From: Hyphomicrobiales bacterium
Lineage (GTDB): Bacteria > Pseudomonadota > Alphaproteobacteria > MED-G09
DNA length: 64,000 nucleotides
NCBI GenBank assembly: GCA_028339975.1
Contig: JAOLDG010000008.1
Span: forward strand, 2,154 to 66,153
Direction of reading: 5' to 3'
Under the pieces are notes generated by a model, which was not told the DNA's origin, made no database searches, and saw only the letters and a list, made by a program, of their open reading frames with translations. Positions 1-9,635 of this stretch are shown one piece after another (the stretch's first letter is position 1; each line of letters starts with the position of its first letter). The position numbers and the translations under genes were made by a program.

Positions 1-456
1 ATAGGTAATTATTTAGATTATTCATTGGAGGCTAGTCTCGAAATGATAAAAAGTGAGCATTCTCTTCTCGGCCTTGGTGATGGAGGTGCTCATTGTGCAA
101 CGATTTGTGATGCAAGTTTTACAACTCATATGCTTACTTTTTGGGGTAGAGACAGGACTAGGGGAGAAAAACTAGAACTTCCATGGATCATAAAATCTTA
201 TACCCAAGATAATGCTCTCGCCATTGGACTTAAAGATAGAGGTGTAATATCTGAGGGAATGAAGGCGGATATTAATATAATAGATTTCGATAATTTGACT
301 CTTTATTCACCTGAATTGCTTTACGATCTTCCTGCCGGAGGAAAAAGATTGGTTCAGAAAGTTGATGGCTATAAATATACTATTGTTTCTGGAAGTGTAA
401 CTTATAAAGATGGTGTCTCAACCGGTGAGTTACCAGGAAGGTTAATAAGGGCGTAA
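1..456 (+). CDS. N-acyl-D-amino-acid deacylase / amidohydrolase family protein, C-terminal part (5' end outside window)
   Basis: Frame open from position 1; motifs GLGDGGAH, GLKDRG..GMKADINIID, TGELPGRLIR typical of D-aminoacylase C-termini. Confidence 0.85.
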   Translation: MGNYLDYSLEASLEMIKSEHSLLGLGDGGAHCATICDASFTTHMLTFWGRDRTRGEKLELPWIIKSYTQDNALAIGLKDRGVISEGMKADINIIDFDNLTLYSPELLYDLPAGGKRLVQKVDGYKYTIVSGSVTYKDGVSTGELPGRLIRA

Positions 457-462
457 GTTAAA

Positions 463-990
463 ATGATTATTCAAAAAAATTCTATTTTTCAACAAGCTTA
501 CTTTGTTAATAGTATTGAAGAATCTGTAAAAAGTTGGAGCAAGACATTTGGCGCCGGACCATTTGTTTTTACACATCACCATAAAACAGACAAATTTGAG
601 TATAGAGGTACCCCGCAAGAGTCTGATGTTTCCTATGCCTTCGGGTATCTTGGTGATACTATGATCCAGTTTATTGAGCAGCATGATGAAACACCATCCA
701 TCTATAGGGATATGTATAAACGGGGGGAAGAAGGCTTTCATCATATAGGTATTTTAGTTTCAGATTTTGACGAGGAGCTTGATAGATATTTAGATATGGG
801 TTTTGACTTAGCCTGCCGGTTATGGGCGGATGGAGTGGATGCGGCCTATATCGATACAAGATCTTTGAATGGAGTATTTACAGAGCTTCATGGAGATCCG
901 AATCATATTTTAGGAGAGTTTTCCCGCTGGAGGAGGGCTCATGAAAAATTTGTACCTGGAGATTCTTATAAACTAGAAAGAGTTAAATAA
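463..990 (+). CDS. VOC/glyoxalase family protein
   Basis: QQAYFV..IEE, GAGPF, EGFHHIG motifs of Glyoxalase_4-type proteins. Confidence 0.8.
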   Translation: MIIQKNSIFQQAYFVNSIEESVKSWSKTFGAGPFVFTHHHKTDKFEYRGTPQESDVSYAFGYLGDTMIQFIEQHDETPSIYRDMYKRGEEGFHHIGILVSDFDEELDRYLDMGFDLACRLWADGVDAAYIDTRSLNGVFTELHGDPNHILGEFSRWRRAHEKFVPGDSYKLERVK

Positions 991-1011
991 AGGAGAACTA
1001 ATTTTAGGTTA

Positions 1012-1584
1012 CTAAATATAGTCTGGCTCATTTCCTTTATTCCATTTTATATTACACCCCATACTAGGATGCTGATCTTTTGAAGTAGGTATGCCATTAT
1101 TGATATTGTTAATTACTTTCCGTAAATCAATTCCGGTTACTGGTATTTTGTTACCGGGACTACTTTCATCAAATCTACCTCTGTAAATAAGCACCTTTTT
1201 ATTATTGAAAACGTAAAATTCAGGCGTACACATTGCTTGAAATTTCTTTGCAACAGATTGATTGGTGTCGATTAAATACGGAAATTCATATTTAAACTCA
1301 ACAATATCATTTTTCATCATATGAATATTATCCAAAGGATAATTATCCATATCATTTGAGTTGATTGCAAATACTCTAAAGTTATCTCTATGCGCCTGAT
1401 TTAATAACTCAGACATTTTTTCTTTAATATTAATTACATACGGACAGTGATTGCAAATAAATGAAAAAATATAACCCTTAAAGCTTCCTTCACTTATTTG
1501 GTATTTTATTTTATCTGTATCCATTAGTAATGATGAGGGTATTTTACTATCAAGTGGCAGCATAGTCGAATAAGTAAGGCTCAA
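1012..1584 (-). CDS. thioredoxin-fold AhpC/TSA-like protein
   Basis: FICNHCPYV, AINSND, CTPEF, YRGRFD, SMGCNIKW motifs. Confidence 0.9.
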   Translation of the reverse strand: MSLTYSTMLPLDSKIPSSLLMDTDKIKYQISEGSFKGYIFSFICNHCPYVINIKEKMSELLNQAHRDNFRVFAINSNDMDNYPLDNIHMMKNDIVEFKYEFPYLIDTNQSVAKKFQAMCTPEFYVFNNKKVLIYRGRFDESSPGNKIPVTGIDLRKVINNINNGIPTSKDQHPSMGCNIKWNKGNEPDYI

Positions 1585-2162
1585 CTATCTTTTAACACTT
1601 TGTTATAAAGCATATCAATTCTATCTTGGCCCCAATATCTTTCATTTTTATATAAGAATGTAGGAACACCAAATACTTTATTTTCTCTCATAATTTTAGT
1701 AAACGACTTTAATCTTGTATCATAACCTTCATCATCCATAGCGCTTATTGCTAAATCCTTGTCAAATCCAATTTTAATACATATTTCCTCAATTACTTCT
1801 TTATTTCCGATATCAAGTTTTTCTTTCCATCTAGCATCAAACATTTCAATCATGAAGCTATCACCAAATCCATTTTCTTGAGCACATAGCCATGAAGCAT
1901 GAACTTTTGGCCAGTTTGCTTCTTTTGATATAGTTTCACTAACATTTTCAATTCCAATTTCTTTAAAAAGACGTTCGCAATCTTCAAATAAGTAGGATCT
2001 CTTATATTCGTTCTCTGAAGCAGTCGAAAGAAATTTTATAAGCTCTTTTGGAAGGTAGCAAACCGGAATATAGTCTAATTTTATTCCTCTCTCTTGAGCT
2101 TTTTTTACACCCAAATATCCATAAGGGCTTCTGAAATTAAAAAAACATGTTATTTTTTCCAC
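1581..2162 (-). CDS. DsbA-family 2-hydroxychromene-2-carboxylate isomerase-like protein
   Basis: FNFRSPYGY and VFGVPTF...YWGQDR motifs. Confidence 0.85.
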   Translation of the reverse strand: MEKITCFFNFRSPYGYLGVKKAQERGIKLDYIPVCYLPKELIKFLSTASENEYKRSYLFEDCERLFKEIGIENVSETISKEANWPKVHASWLCAQENGFGDSFMIEMFDARWKEKLDIGNKEVIEEICIKIGFDKDLAISAMDDEGYDTRLKSFTKIMRENKVFGVPTFLYKNERYWGQDRIDMLYNKVLKDS

Positions 2163-2210
2163 TTTAATCCTCCGTATACATTAAGAATATATTATAAATA
2201 ACTGATTTAT

Positions 2211-2660
2211 TTAAAATTTTTCTAATTTTAATGTGATTTCTTGATTGATTTCATTAAATATAAAAACTGCATCATCCCATTTAGGGGGACCAAACTTACC
2301 TTTTGCATTATTTGAGAAACCAAATGGCTCCTTTGGTATGCCAATAAAATTTCCTGATATTACTCCATTCCCATCAAAATCTTGAAAGCCTGAAACAACA
2401 TAAGAACCAAAAGGAATATCAAGTTTTACAATACCTTTTTGATTCACTATTTGCGTCACTGCACCAGTAAGAACCTTTTCTGTATTAAGTTTTTTATTAA
2501 CTTTTGCCTTACCAAAATTTTCCTTTTTATCGTAAATGCCAACAAGTGCTATACCTTTATTATAATCACTCTCTACGTTTATTGTTAAAATTTCAGCAAC
2601 TAAAACAGAGTTTAGAATAAAAAACACAATTAGCGATTTTAATATAGTTTTGTAAATCAT
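2211..2660 (-). CDS. DUF2141 family exported protein
   Basis: Signal peptide; D.DGNG...GIPKEPFGFSNN...GPPKW motif. Confidence 0.85.
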   Translation of the reverse strand: MIYKTILKSLIVFFILNSVLVAEILTINVESDYNKGIALVGIYDKKENFGKAKVNKKLNTEKVLTGAVTQIVNQKGIVKLDIPFGSYVVSGFQDFDGNGVISGNFIGIPKEPFGFSNNAKGKFGPPKWDDAVFIFNEINQEITLKLEKF

Positions 2661-3149
2661 TTACTTTACCATTAATTTCTTGGCAACATCTGCAGCTATT
2701 TTAGCACAATTTTCATCATTACCACCGCTATCGCCAGAAACACCAACCCCGCCAATATGATAACCGTCATCTAAAATAATTGGAACTCCACCTTTAATAA
2801 GTATTACACCTGGTAATGTTAATATTCCATTATTTGCAGAGTCTCCTTCAAATGCCATATCTCTTAATTCAGCAGTAGAATATGGTAAGCCCGCCGATGT
2901 CTTGCCCTTTAGACGCGATATCTCTTCAGATGCTGGATAGGTTCCATCCATTGATGAGTAATATTTTAATGATCCAGGAGATTCGTATATTGCAATATTT
3001 ACTTTCCAGCCGCTTTCTTTAGCAAGATTTATACAGGAATTTGCCATTTTTGATGCAATATCAAGTGTCAAAACTGGTTTTGTTGTAATTTCAGCATTTA
3101 AATTTATTGAAACTAGTATAATTACAAAAAAAGATAATATTCTGTTCAT
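2661..3149 (-). CDS. GlcG/HbpS family heme-binding protein
   Basis: Signal peptide; GGVPI...IGGVGVSG...DE motif. Confidence 0.85.
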   Translation of the reverse strand: MNRILSFFVIILVSINLNAEITTKPVLTLDIASKMANSCINLAKESGWKVNIAIYESPGSLKYYSSMDGTYPASEEISRLKGKTSAGLPYSTAELRDMAFEGDSANNGILTLPGVILIKGGVPIILDDGYHIGGVGVSGDSGGNDENCAKIAADVAKKLMVK

Positions 3150-3232
3150 TTAATTTCCCCAAAGTTATAAATATGTTTATATTTGAAACTATAATTTTAA
3201 ATATAACAACAATAAAAATAATAGAGGTTAAT

Positions 3233-4663
3233 ATGAGCATACAAGCAACTGCTGCCAAATTACTTTTTAAGCTTCCAAAGCCAATATTAAGTAAAATTAT
3301 GAAGTCAATTCCTAAAAGTAATAATCCTCATGATCTTGTTGAAAAGCCATGGCACTTAAAGGGTAACTGGGCTCCCGTTAAAGATGAAATTATTGTAGAA
3401 AATTTGGAAATCAAAGGAGAAATTCCAAAGGAAATTAATGGAATGTACTTGAGGAATGGAATGAATCCAGTTTCTGGTCACAGTGATCATTGGTTTTTTG
3501 GAAACGGAATGCTTCATGGAGTTAATATTAGTGATGGCAAGGCCTCTTATATGAACAAGTATGTAAGGACACCTTACTTTGATGAAGATATGGGAATGAT
3601 GGAGAGTTCTTTTGATCTAAAAGCATCTCCTGCCAACACCCATGTAATAAGACATGCGGGTAAGATTTTAACACTTGAAGAAGCTCATCTTCCTTGGATT
3701 GTAAATGAAAATTTGGATACCATAGATTCCTATGATTTTGATGGAAAACTTGATGGCCCAATGACAGCTCATCCTAGGGTATGCCCAGAGACTGGAGAGC
3801 TTTTATTTTTTGGTTACCAGATGATGAAGAAACCATACTTAACCTATCATAGGGTTTCAAGGGAAGGTGTATTGGTTCAGTCAGAAGAAATTGATATACC
3901 AAGACCTGTTATGATGCATGATTGGAATATAACAAGAAATTATGTTGTATTTATGGATTTACCATTAGTATTTGATATTAATGACGCCGTTAGCGGGTCT
4001 GATCCATTTGGGTTTAAACCTGAGTGTGGGGCCAGGTTAGGTGTTATGCCAAGAAATGGATCTAACTCAGATATTAAATGGATTGATATAAATCCATGTT
4101 TTGTTTTTCATCCAATGAATGCATATGAAGAAGATGATAAGATAATTCTTCACGTTTGCAGACAAAACAAAGCTATGGTTGGTGGTATGGATGAAATTTA
4201 TGGAGGAGAGGATTCCACTGGAAAACTATGGAAATGGACCATTGATTTAACTTCTGGAAAATGTTCTGAAGAGCAAATTGACGATAGGCCATGTGATTTT
4301 GCAAGAATTGATGACAGATTGGTAGGCCTTAAGGCTAAAAATGGATACGCAATGGCCTTGGATGAAAAAGCTGAGACCTTAACATTTGATCAATATTTAT
4401 ATAAATTTGACTTAGAAAATAATAAACGTATTGATCATGATTTAGGCAATAATGTTTTTGGGGGGGAGCCAATTTTTGTTCCTAAATTTGATAATTCTTC
4501 AGAAAATGATGGTTGGGTTATGGCAATTGTGTATGATGCAAATATTTCTAAATCAAAATTAATCATCGTTGATACTGAAAACTTTGATAAGAAGCCTATT
4601 AGTGAAATTATTTTACCTCAAAGAGTACCATTTGGAGCGCATGGCAGTTGGCTGTCTAATTAA
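3233..4663 (+). CDS. carotenoid/stilbene cleavage oxygenase family protein
   Basis: GNWAPV, LRNG.NP, HWFFGNGM, TAHP, MMHD, FHPMNAYE, GEPIFVP, RVPFGAHG (four Fe-binding His); start placed at ATG 3233 after AGAGG. Confidence 0.9.
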   Translation: MSIQATAAKLLFKLPKPILSKIMKSIPKSNNPHDLVEKPWHLKGNWAPVKDEIIVENLEIKGEIPKEINGMYLRNGMNPVSGHSDHWFFGNGMLHGVNISDGKASYMNKYVRTPYFDEDMGMMESSFDLKASPANTHVIRHAGKILTLEEAHLPWIVNENLDTIDSYDFDGKLDGPMTAHPRVCPETGELLFFGYQMMKKPYLTYHRVSREGVLVQSEEIDIPRPVMMHDWNITRNYVVFMDLPLVFDINDAVSGSDPFGFKPECGARLGVMPRNGSNSDIKWIDINPCFVFHPMNAYEEDDKIILHVCRQNKAMVGGMDEIYGGEDSTGKLWKWTIDLTSGKCSEEQIDDRPCDFARIDDRLVGLKAKNGYAMALDEKAETLTFDQYLYKFDLENNKRIDHDLGNNVFGGEPIFVPKFDNSSENDGWVMAIVYDANISKSKLIIVDTENFDKKPISEIILPQRVPFGAHGSWLSN

Positions 4664-4667
4664 ATAA

Positions 4668-4973
4668 ATGAAAGCATTGATTTATAAACCATCAAAATCT
4701 GTCACCCAGTCTGGAAGTAAAAAAACTGATAAATGGATTTTAGAGTTCTCCAGATCTTCAAGTCCTACGATTGATCCACTAATGAAATGGACATCCTCAA
4801 CAGATACACAGAATCAAGTCAAAATGAAATTTAGTTCAAAAGACCTTGCAGTTGCCTATGCTGAAAAAAATTCTATTGAGTACAGAGTTAAAGAACCAAA
4901 AAAATCTAAAACTCGACCTAAGTCATATTCAGATAATTTTTCTTATGATAAAAAGACACCTTGGACACACTAA
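4668..4973 (+). CDS. ETC complex I subunit (NDUFS4-like)
   Basis: IYKP.KS.TQSG, DPLM.WTSS.D, KSYSDNF motifs. Confidence 0.9.
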   Translation: MKALIYKPSKSVTQSGSKKTDKWILEFSRSSSPTIDPLMKWTSSTDTQNQVKMKFSSKDLAVAYAEKNSIEYRVKEPKKSKTRPKSYSDNFSYDKKTPWTH

Positions 4974-4991
4974 CTTTATCGAGAATCTTAT

Positions 4992-5549
4992 ATGGATACT
5001 ATCAAAACATTACTTACAAGAAAATCATCTCCAAGGCTAGATGAACCGTCGCCATCACCAGAAGAGCTTGATTTAATCTTTCAATCTGCCTTAAGGGCTC
5101 CTGATCATGCCGCGCTAAAGCCATGGAAATTTATAAAAGTTTCTGGTGAGGGAAGGGGTAAGCTAGCAAAAGCTTCTCTAGAAGCTCTTAAAAAAATTAA
5201 TCCTAGTAAGGCCAATGAAAACGAAGAAAAAATTCTTAATGCCCCCTACAGAGCACCATTAATAATAATAGTTGTTGCATCAATTAAAGATCATCACATC
5301 GTTCCAGATATTGAGCAAATTCTATCGGCTGGCGCTGCAGCCCAAAATATATTAATTGCAGCCCATTCTATGGGTTATTCTGGTATTTGGAGAACAGGAC
5401 TTATATCTTTCAATAAAGAGATTTCAAGATCTTTTGATTTGGATGATAATGATGTTGTTATTGGTTATTTATATATAGGAACATCTGAAAAAGAAATGAC
5501 ATTACCGCCAAAATCTAATATTAATGATTTTGTTATAAACTGGGATTAG
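4992..5549 (+). CDS. nitroreductase family protein (YdjA-like)
   Basis: TRKS, RAPDHAALKPW, RAPL, WRTG, GYLYIGT motifs. Confidence 0.9.
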   Translation: MDTIKTLLTRKSSPRLDEPSPSPEELDLIFQSALRAPDHAALKPWKFIKVSGEGRGKLAKASLEALKKINPSKANENEEKILNAPYRAPLIIIVVASIKDHHIVPDIEQILSAGAAAQNILIAAHSMGYSGIWRTGLISFNKEISRSFDLDDNDVVIGYLYIGTSEKEMTLPPKSNINDFVINWD

Positions 5550-5570
5550 TAAACTGTAAAAGAGGGTAAT

Positions 5571-5999
5571 ATGAAAGAAACAAACAAAGAAGATTTAGCT
5601 AAAATTCAAGAACTTTTCGATACATGGGACGCAGCTGTTGAATCTGGGGATAGAGATGGCTACGTAAGTGGTTTAGATGAGAATATTACCCTGATGCCTC
5701 CTGGTGGAGTTGTTATCAAAGGAAAAGAAAATTATAGAGAATTCTTGGGTCCAGTTTTTGAGTCAGCAACCTATAGGGTGGAGAACAATAGTCCTAAAAA
5801 AATTGAAATATTCGAAGACATTGCAATAATTCATTCACACCTTACTGTTTACTTAACTTTTTTAGAAGGAGCGTCATCCATAGCATCCGAAGGGGCAATT
5901 CAGAACAACGTTTCTGAAGGAAAATACCTTGATGTTCTTAGAAGGCAAGAGGATGGATCTTGGAAATGTTTAGTTCATACTTGGAAGCAGATCAGTTAA
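5571..5999 (+). CDS. SnoaL/DUF4440 (NTF2-like) protein
   Basis: LMPPG..IKG and GKYLDVLRRQEDGSWK motifs. Confidence 0.8.
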   Translation: MKETNKEDLAKIQELFDTWDAAVESGDRDGYVSGLDENITLMPPGGVVIKGKENYREFLGPVFESATYRVENNSPKKIEIFEDIAIIHSHLTVYLTFLEGASSIASEGAIQNNVSEGKYLDVLRRQEDGSWKCLVHTWKQIS

Positions 6000-6639
6000 T
6001 AAACTCTTTTTCTGGGTTTTCATATTTTATAAATATTGATTGCTGGTCGTGATCTTTCCAAGTCATCAAGACCTCTGTTTCATGCTCTAAATAAATCAAT
6101 TTGATTTTATTAAAAAAATTCCAAATAGAGTTTTGATATTCGTTTATTTTTTTTTCAATATCATTATCACTAAGACTAGGAAATTCTTTTTCTAAATCAA
6201 TTTTAAGATTCAATCTGTAATCCAAGTATTCATTTAATACCTGACTTGCCTCTATGCTATCTTTGCCAAAATCATTAATCATTTTATCATGTTTTTGTGA
6301 TAAAAAGACAAGACTTTCAACATATGACAAATACTTTTTAGGGTTTTTTTGTTTATATTTTTTAGCTTCTTTTAGTGAATTAAAATAAAGCTCAAGTATA
6401 TTTTTTGTAATAATATTCAATTTTAAATTATTTTTTAAATTTTCTGTGCAACTTTCTTTTAAATTTATTAGATCAGATAAATCATGTGTCCAATTGAAAA
6501 TCTTAAAGGCCTTTATAAAGCCTATAAAGAGAGCATCACTGTAAAATTTTGATAAATCGTTTACCATTAAAGCCTTTCTAATTTTAATTAATATAAATTT
6601 AATTGATGATATCAGTAAAGTATTTTCTTGATACCCCAT
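5992..6639 (-). CDS. hypothetical protein
   Basis: 215-aa ORF filling the gap before the tRNA; no recognisable motif; start uncertain. Confidence 0.55.
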   Translation of the reverse strand: MGYQENTLLISSIKFILIKIRKALMVNDLSKFYSDALFIGFIKAFKIFNWTHDLSDLINLKESCTENLKNNLKLNIITKNILELYFNSLKEAKKYKQKNPKKYLSYVESLVFLSQKHDKMINDFGKDSIEASQVLNEYLDYRLNLKIDLEKEFPSLSDNDIEKKINEYQNSIWNFFNKIKLIYLEHETEVLMTWKDHDQQSIFIKYENPEKEFIN

Positions 6640-6767
6640 CAGTGAATTTTAAACAAGATATTGCATCTTACTCATTATTGATTTAACTAGTATTTTTCTC
6701 CTAGTTATTTGACTTAATTATTAAATTTATTGGTTTTTATGTTAAAGTTATTAGTAAGTGAATTTGT

Positions 6768-6844
6768 GGTCCCGTAGCTCAGCTGGATAGAGCAACGGAT
6801 TTCTAATCCGTAGGTCAGTAGTTCGAATCTACTCGGGATCACCA
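6768..6844 (+). tRNA. tRNA-Arg (anticodon TCT)
   Basis: GGTCCCG/CGGGATC acceptor stem, AGCTCAGCTGGATAGAGC D arm, ACGGA-TTTCTAA-TCCGT anticodon arm, AGTAG-TTCGAAT-CTACT T arm, encoded CCA. Confidence 0.97.
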
Positions 6845-6850
6845 TTTAAA
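6800..6850 (+). repeat. attL core (51-bp direct repeat: tRNA-Arg 3' half plus TTTAAA)
   Basis: TTTCTAATCCGTAGGTCAGTAGTTCGAATCTACTCGGGATCACCATTTAAA, identical to 15114-15164. Confidence 0.95.
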
Positions 6851-6895
6851 TTTCATTGTAATACAACAGTTATCCTTAGTAAATAGCCAAATAAC

Positions 6896-6996
6896 CATCT
6901 GTACGTACATTCATCTCTAACTGTACGTTTTTATACCTTGATATACATTTCAATACATTTATACTTATTATGTTGTATAAAACGTTGTACAAAAAT
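6896..6996. repeat. putative integrase/excisionase arm-type sites, left end
   Basis: CATCTGTACGT (6896-6906) and AACTGTACGTTTTTA (6919-6933) recur inverted at 14945-14955 and 14960-14974; the 26-mer at 6971-6996 recurs directly at 15042-15067 (23/26 identical). Confidence 0.7.
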
Positions 6997-7009
6997 AATA
7001 ATAAAGCTT

Positions 7010-7032
7010 ATTTCGGACAGTTAATCCGAAAT
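7010..7032. promoter_or_regulatory. inverted repeat upstream of integrase (operator or hairpin)
   Basis: ATTTCGGA-CAGTTAA-TCCGAAAT, perfect 8-bp arms just before the int RBS. Confidence 0.45.
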
Positions 7033-7045
7033 TTGAGCATACGAG

Positions 7046-9190
7046 GTGTTACTGGTGACGAAATATCTAAATGTTCCTAAGATTAAAGAAAAGGATTATT
7101 CTATTAAGTACAAAGATGAGCCAATTTTTGTAATAGAACAATTCAGCAAGCTATCATTACGAATAGGTAAATTTAAAATCGCCTATTATTACAGAGATAG
7201 AAAGCAATCAATTAAACTTGGTGAGCATCCTCATCTATCCTTATATGAGGCTCGTCAAAAAGCTCGTGAGATTGAAGGCGAAGTTTCAGTTCCAGAACAA
7301 TACAGGGATAAAAAAACCCTCTTAGAAGCAATTTATGGGAATCCAGAGCTTTACTGTCAAAACTCTTACCACTCAAATGAACATATAAGAGAGAGTGTAT
7401 TAGAAGGAAGCTATCTGGCTCAATATAAGGATAGGACAAATACATCCTCTTTTATTGATAAGAAAAACAAAATTCGCCTTCTTGCTGACCATTATGTTGA
7501 TATTAATAACAACTGCTCGATAACTATTGATAAGCTTGATGGCTTGGAAATAAAGAAAATTGCAGAGGATTATCATTTAATTGATGGTAAATCCGCATTA
7601 GCTTCAAAAAGATTATTTAATGAATGGAAAACTTTCTTCAAATGGTTATCAAAAAATGAAGGTATTTCAAATATTCTTGCTGACCAAGAAGTAAGCAAAG
7701 TTAAAGTTCGGGTTAAAAGGCGTGAATATAGAGATCCAAGATTTAAACCTGAGGAAGTAAACTCTTTAATTAATTCTTATGAACAAATGAATGAGCCTTA
7801 TAAATGGATACATCCGTTTATGATGTTTACAGGTAGAAGAATGGCATCTGTTTTACGATTAGAGAAAACTGATATTGATTTCGATAAGAATATTATCAAT
7901 TTTAGAGCTGATAATGAAAAAATGTCTATGAATAACTCAGACAGCATTCCACCTGCATATACTGAGATTCCTATGTGTAAATCCTTAGAATCTCTTGTTA
8001 AAGATAGAATACTTCCTTTTAAACCTGATAATAAGTTTCTATTCGCTCATCCAACTATTAAAGATATTCCCCTTAAGGTTAACGATAGGGAGATGCGAGA
8101 TAAAGTTAGAGAGGTAACAGGTATCAAAAACTTTACCTACAAAGATATAAGAACCAACGTTAATACAGCCATGATTAATCTGGGTATAGACCTTAGAATA
8201 AGGCAATTCATATTAGGACAGAAATCAGAGAAGGTTGAGAGTAGGGAGCTACAGCAACCCAGATCATTATCTGTAAATGAGATATTCTATGATAAAAACA
8301 CGCATCTTGAGGAAAAAAGAGAAGCACTTAACAAGATTGAAGGCCTTTGGATTAAATTTTCAGAACAAAATCATAAATTAGATGATAAAATTAGTGAAAT
8401 AACTGAGGATGATGAACTTTCTTTTATTCTTAAGAAAGACTCAGATTTAGAAATAATTAACGATTATCTGAAAAGTATAAAATCTAAGCCAATAACAAGT
8501 ATTAGCGAGTATTTAACTAAAAGAGATGGTCTACATCATGAAGCATCCGATTTCATGCATTGTGTTACACAATTCTTTTTGTACAAACAATACGTTGATT
8601 TTTTAAAGGCAAAAAAACATTTTACTAGCGGTGTTAAATTATACTTAAAAGCATTTATTTACAGACAGTTAAAAACTAATCCTAATTATCATGGTCGTGA
8701 TTATTTAAAGAACTGGAATAAATTGCAAAGCCTAGTTGCGGAATTACCCGCTTCTCATTGGAAAAATAAATACGATTATGAGAAATTAAAAATAGCTAGT
8801 CAAATTCACTATTATCAAGGTGAGTACAATAATTGGAAAATAAAGAAGGAAAAACCTGATTGGACAAAGATTAAAAATTACGATCCAAAAGAAGATGGAT
8901 CTAAAGGTGAGCTTAATGACATACTTTCAGGTAAAGATGGTTTAAATTCAGCGATAGAGCGGTTTAATAATACTTTTTTAAAAGACGGAAAAGATCCTTC
9001 TCCAGAAACATTAGGGCATAGTAAAAGAGTGTATTTGAAATATTATGAAAGTCTAAAAGCCCTAGATTCTATCGCTTTTGTGCAACTATATAACTACCAA
9101 CTTGTTGCTGATATACCAGATGAAAAATTTGAGAGAATGATATCTTCTTCGCAAAGAGATGCTGTTAAAGAAATGGCTAAAGAGTTATAA
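7046..9190 (+). CDS. int: tyrosine integrase with N-terminal arm-binding domain and long C-terminal extension
   Basis: N-terminal IKLGEHPHLSLYEARQKA (P4-like arm domain); TGRR, KDIR, ILGQ and IFYD catalytic boxes; adjacent to tRNA att; start may be GTG 7055 after GAGG. Confidence 0.9.
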   Translation: MLLVTKYLNVPKIKEKDYSIKYKDEPIFVIEQFSKLSLRIGKFKIAYYYRDRKQSIKLGEHPHLSLYEARQKAREIEGEVSVPEQYRDKKTLLEAIYGNPELYCQNSYHSNEHIRESVLEGSYLAQYKDRTNTSSFIDKKNKIRLLADHYVDINNNCSITIDKLDGLEIKKIAEDYHLIDGKSALASKRLFNEWKTFFKWLSKNEGISNILADQEVSKVKVRVKRREYRDPRFKPEEVNSLINSYEQMNEPYKWIHPFMMFTGRRMASVLRLEKTDIDFDKNIINFRADNEKMSMNNSDSIPPAYTEIPMCKSLESLVKDRILPFKPDNKFLFAHPTIKDIPLKVNDREMRDKVREVTGIKNFTYKDIRTNVNTAMINLGIDLRIRQFILGQKSEKVESRELQQPRSLSVNEIFYDKNTHLEEKREALNKIEGLWIKFSEQNHKLDDKISEITEDDELSFILKKDSDLEIINDYLKSIKSKPITSISEYLTKRDGLHHEASDFMHCVTQFFLYKQYVDFLKAKKHFTSGVKLYLKAFIYRQLKTNPNYHGRDYLKNWNKLQSLVAELPASHWKNKYDYEKLKIASQIHYYQGEYNNWKIKKEKPDWTKIKNYDPKEDGSKGELNDILSGKDGLNSAIERFNNTFLKDGKDPSPETLGHSKRVYLKYYESLKALDSIAFVQLYNYQLVADIPDEKFERMISSSQRDAVKEMAKEL

Positions 9191-9196
9191 CTTAAT

Positions 9197-9631
9197 ATGT
9201 CAGTTCCTTGTCCAAATCCAAAATGTGGAATACTTGAAGGCAGAAATTATGAAGGGGCTAACCCAATTCTCTTTTTTATTCCTTACATTGCTCCATGGCT
9301 CTGGTTTGATGCAATTATTCCTAGAGATAAAGATATTGCTCAAATTATTACCGAGTCAGACAGAGAGGATTGGGGTATCGACGATTGGGTTGAACTTGGT
9401 GTTTGCGATAGGTGTGGTTATAGACTTGGTGACCCACAACCATGGCAAAAGAATGTTAGAATTAAAAGATTTATTGTATGGATACTAATAATCCTTTTTT
9501 TCTCTTGGGCGACTATTTACTCACTGCTAGAGGATAGTGGTTATTTTTGGGTTAGTTTATTTTTCCTATTCTTTTCCTTAATCTATTTTCGTTCTAACGA
9601 AATTTACGAATTATCGGATGATGACGAATAG
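9197..9631 (+). CDS. hypothetical Cys-motif membrane protein (cargo)
   Basis: CPNPKC and CDRC motifs plus two C-terminal hydrophobic helices; starts 6 nt after the int stop. Confidence 0.65.
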   Translation: MSVPCPNPKCGILEGRNYEGANPILFFIPYIAPWLWFDAIIPRDKDIAQIITESDREDWGIDDWVELGVCDRCGYRLGDPQPWQKNVRIKRFIVWILIILFFSWATIYSLLEDSGYFWVSLFFLFFSLIYFRSNEIYELSDDDE

Positions 9632-9635
9632 GTTA

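Noticed and set aside
9159..9488. 109-aa alternative-frame ORF
   Set aside because: Overlaps the int end and the better-supported 144-aa ORF; no motif
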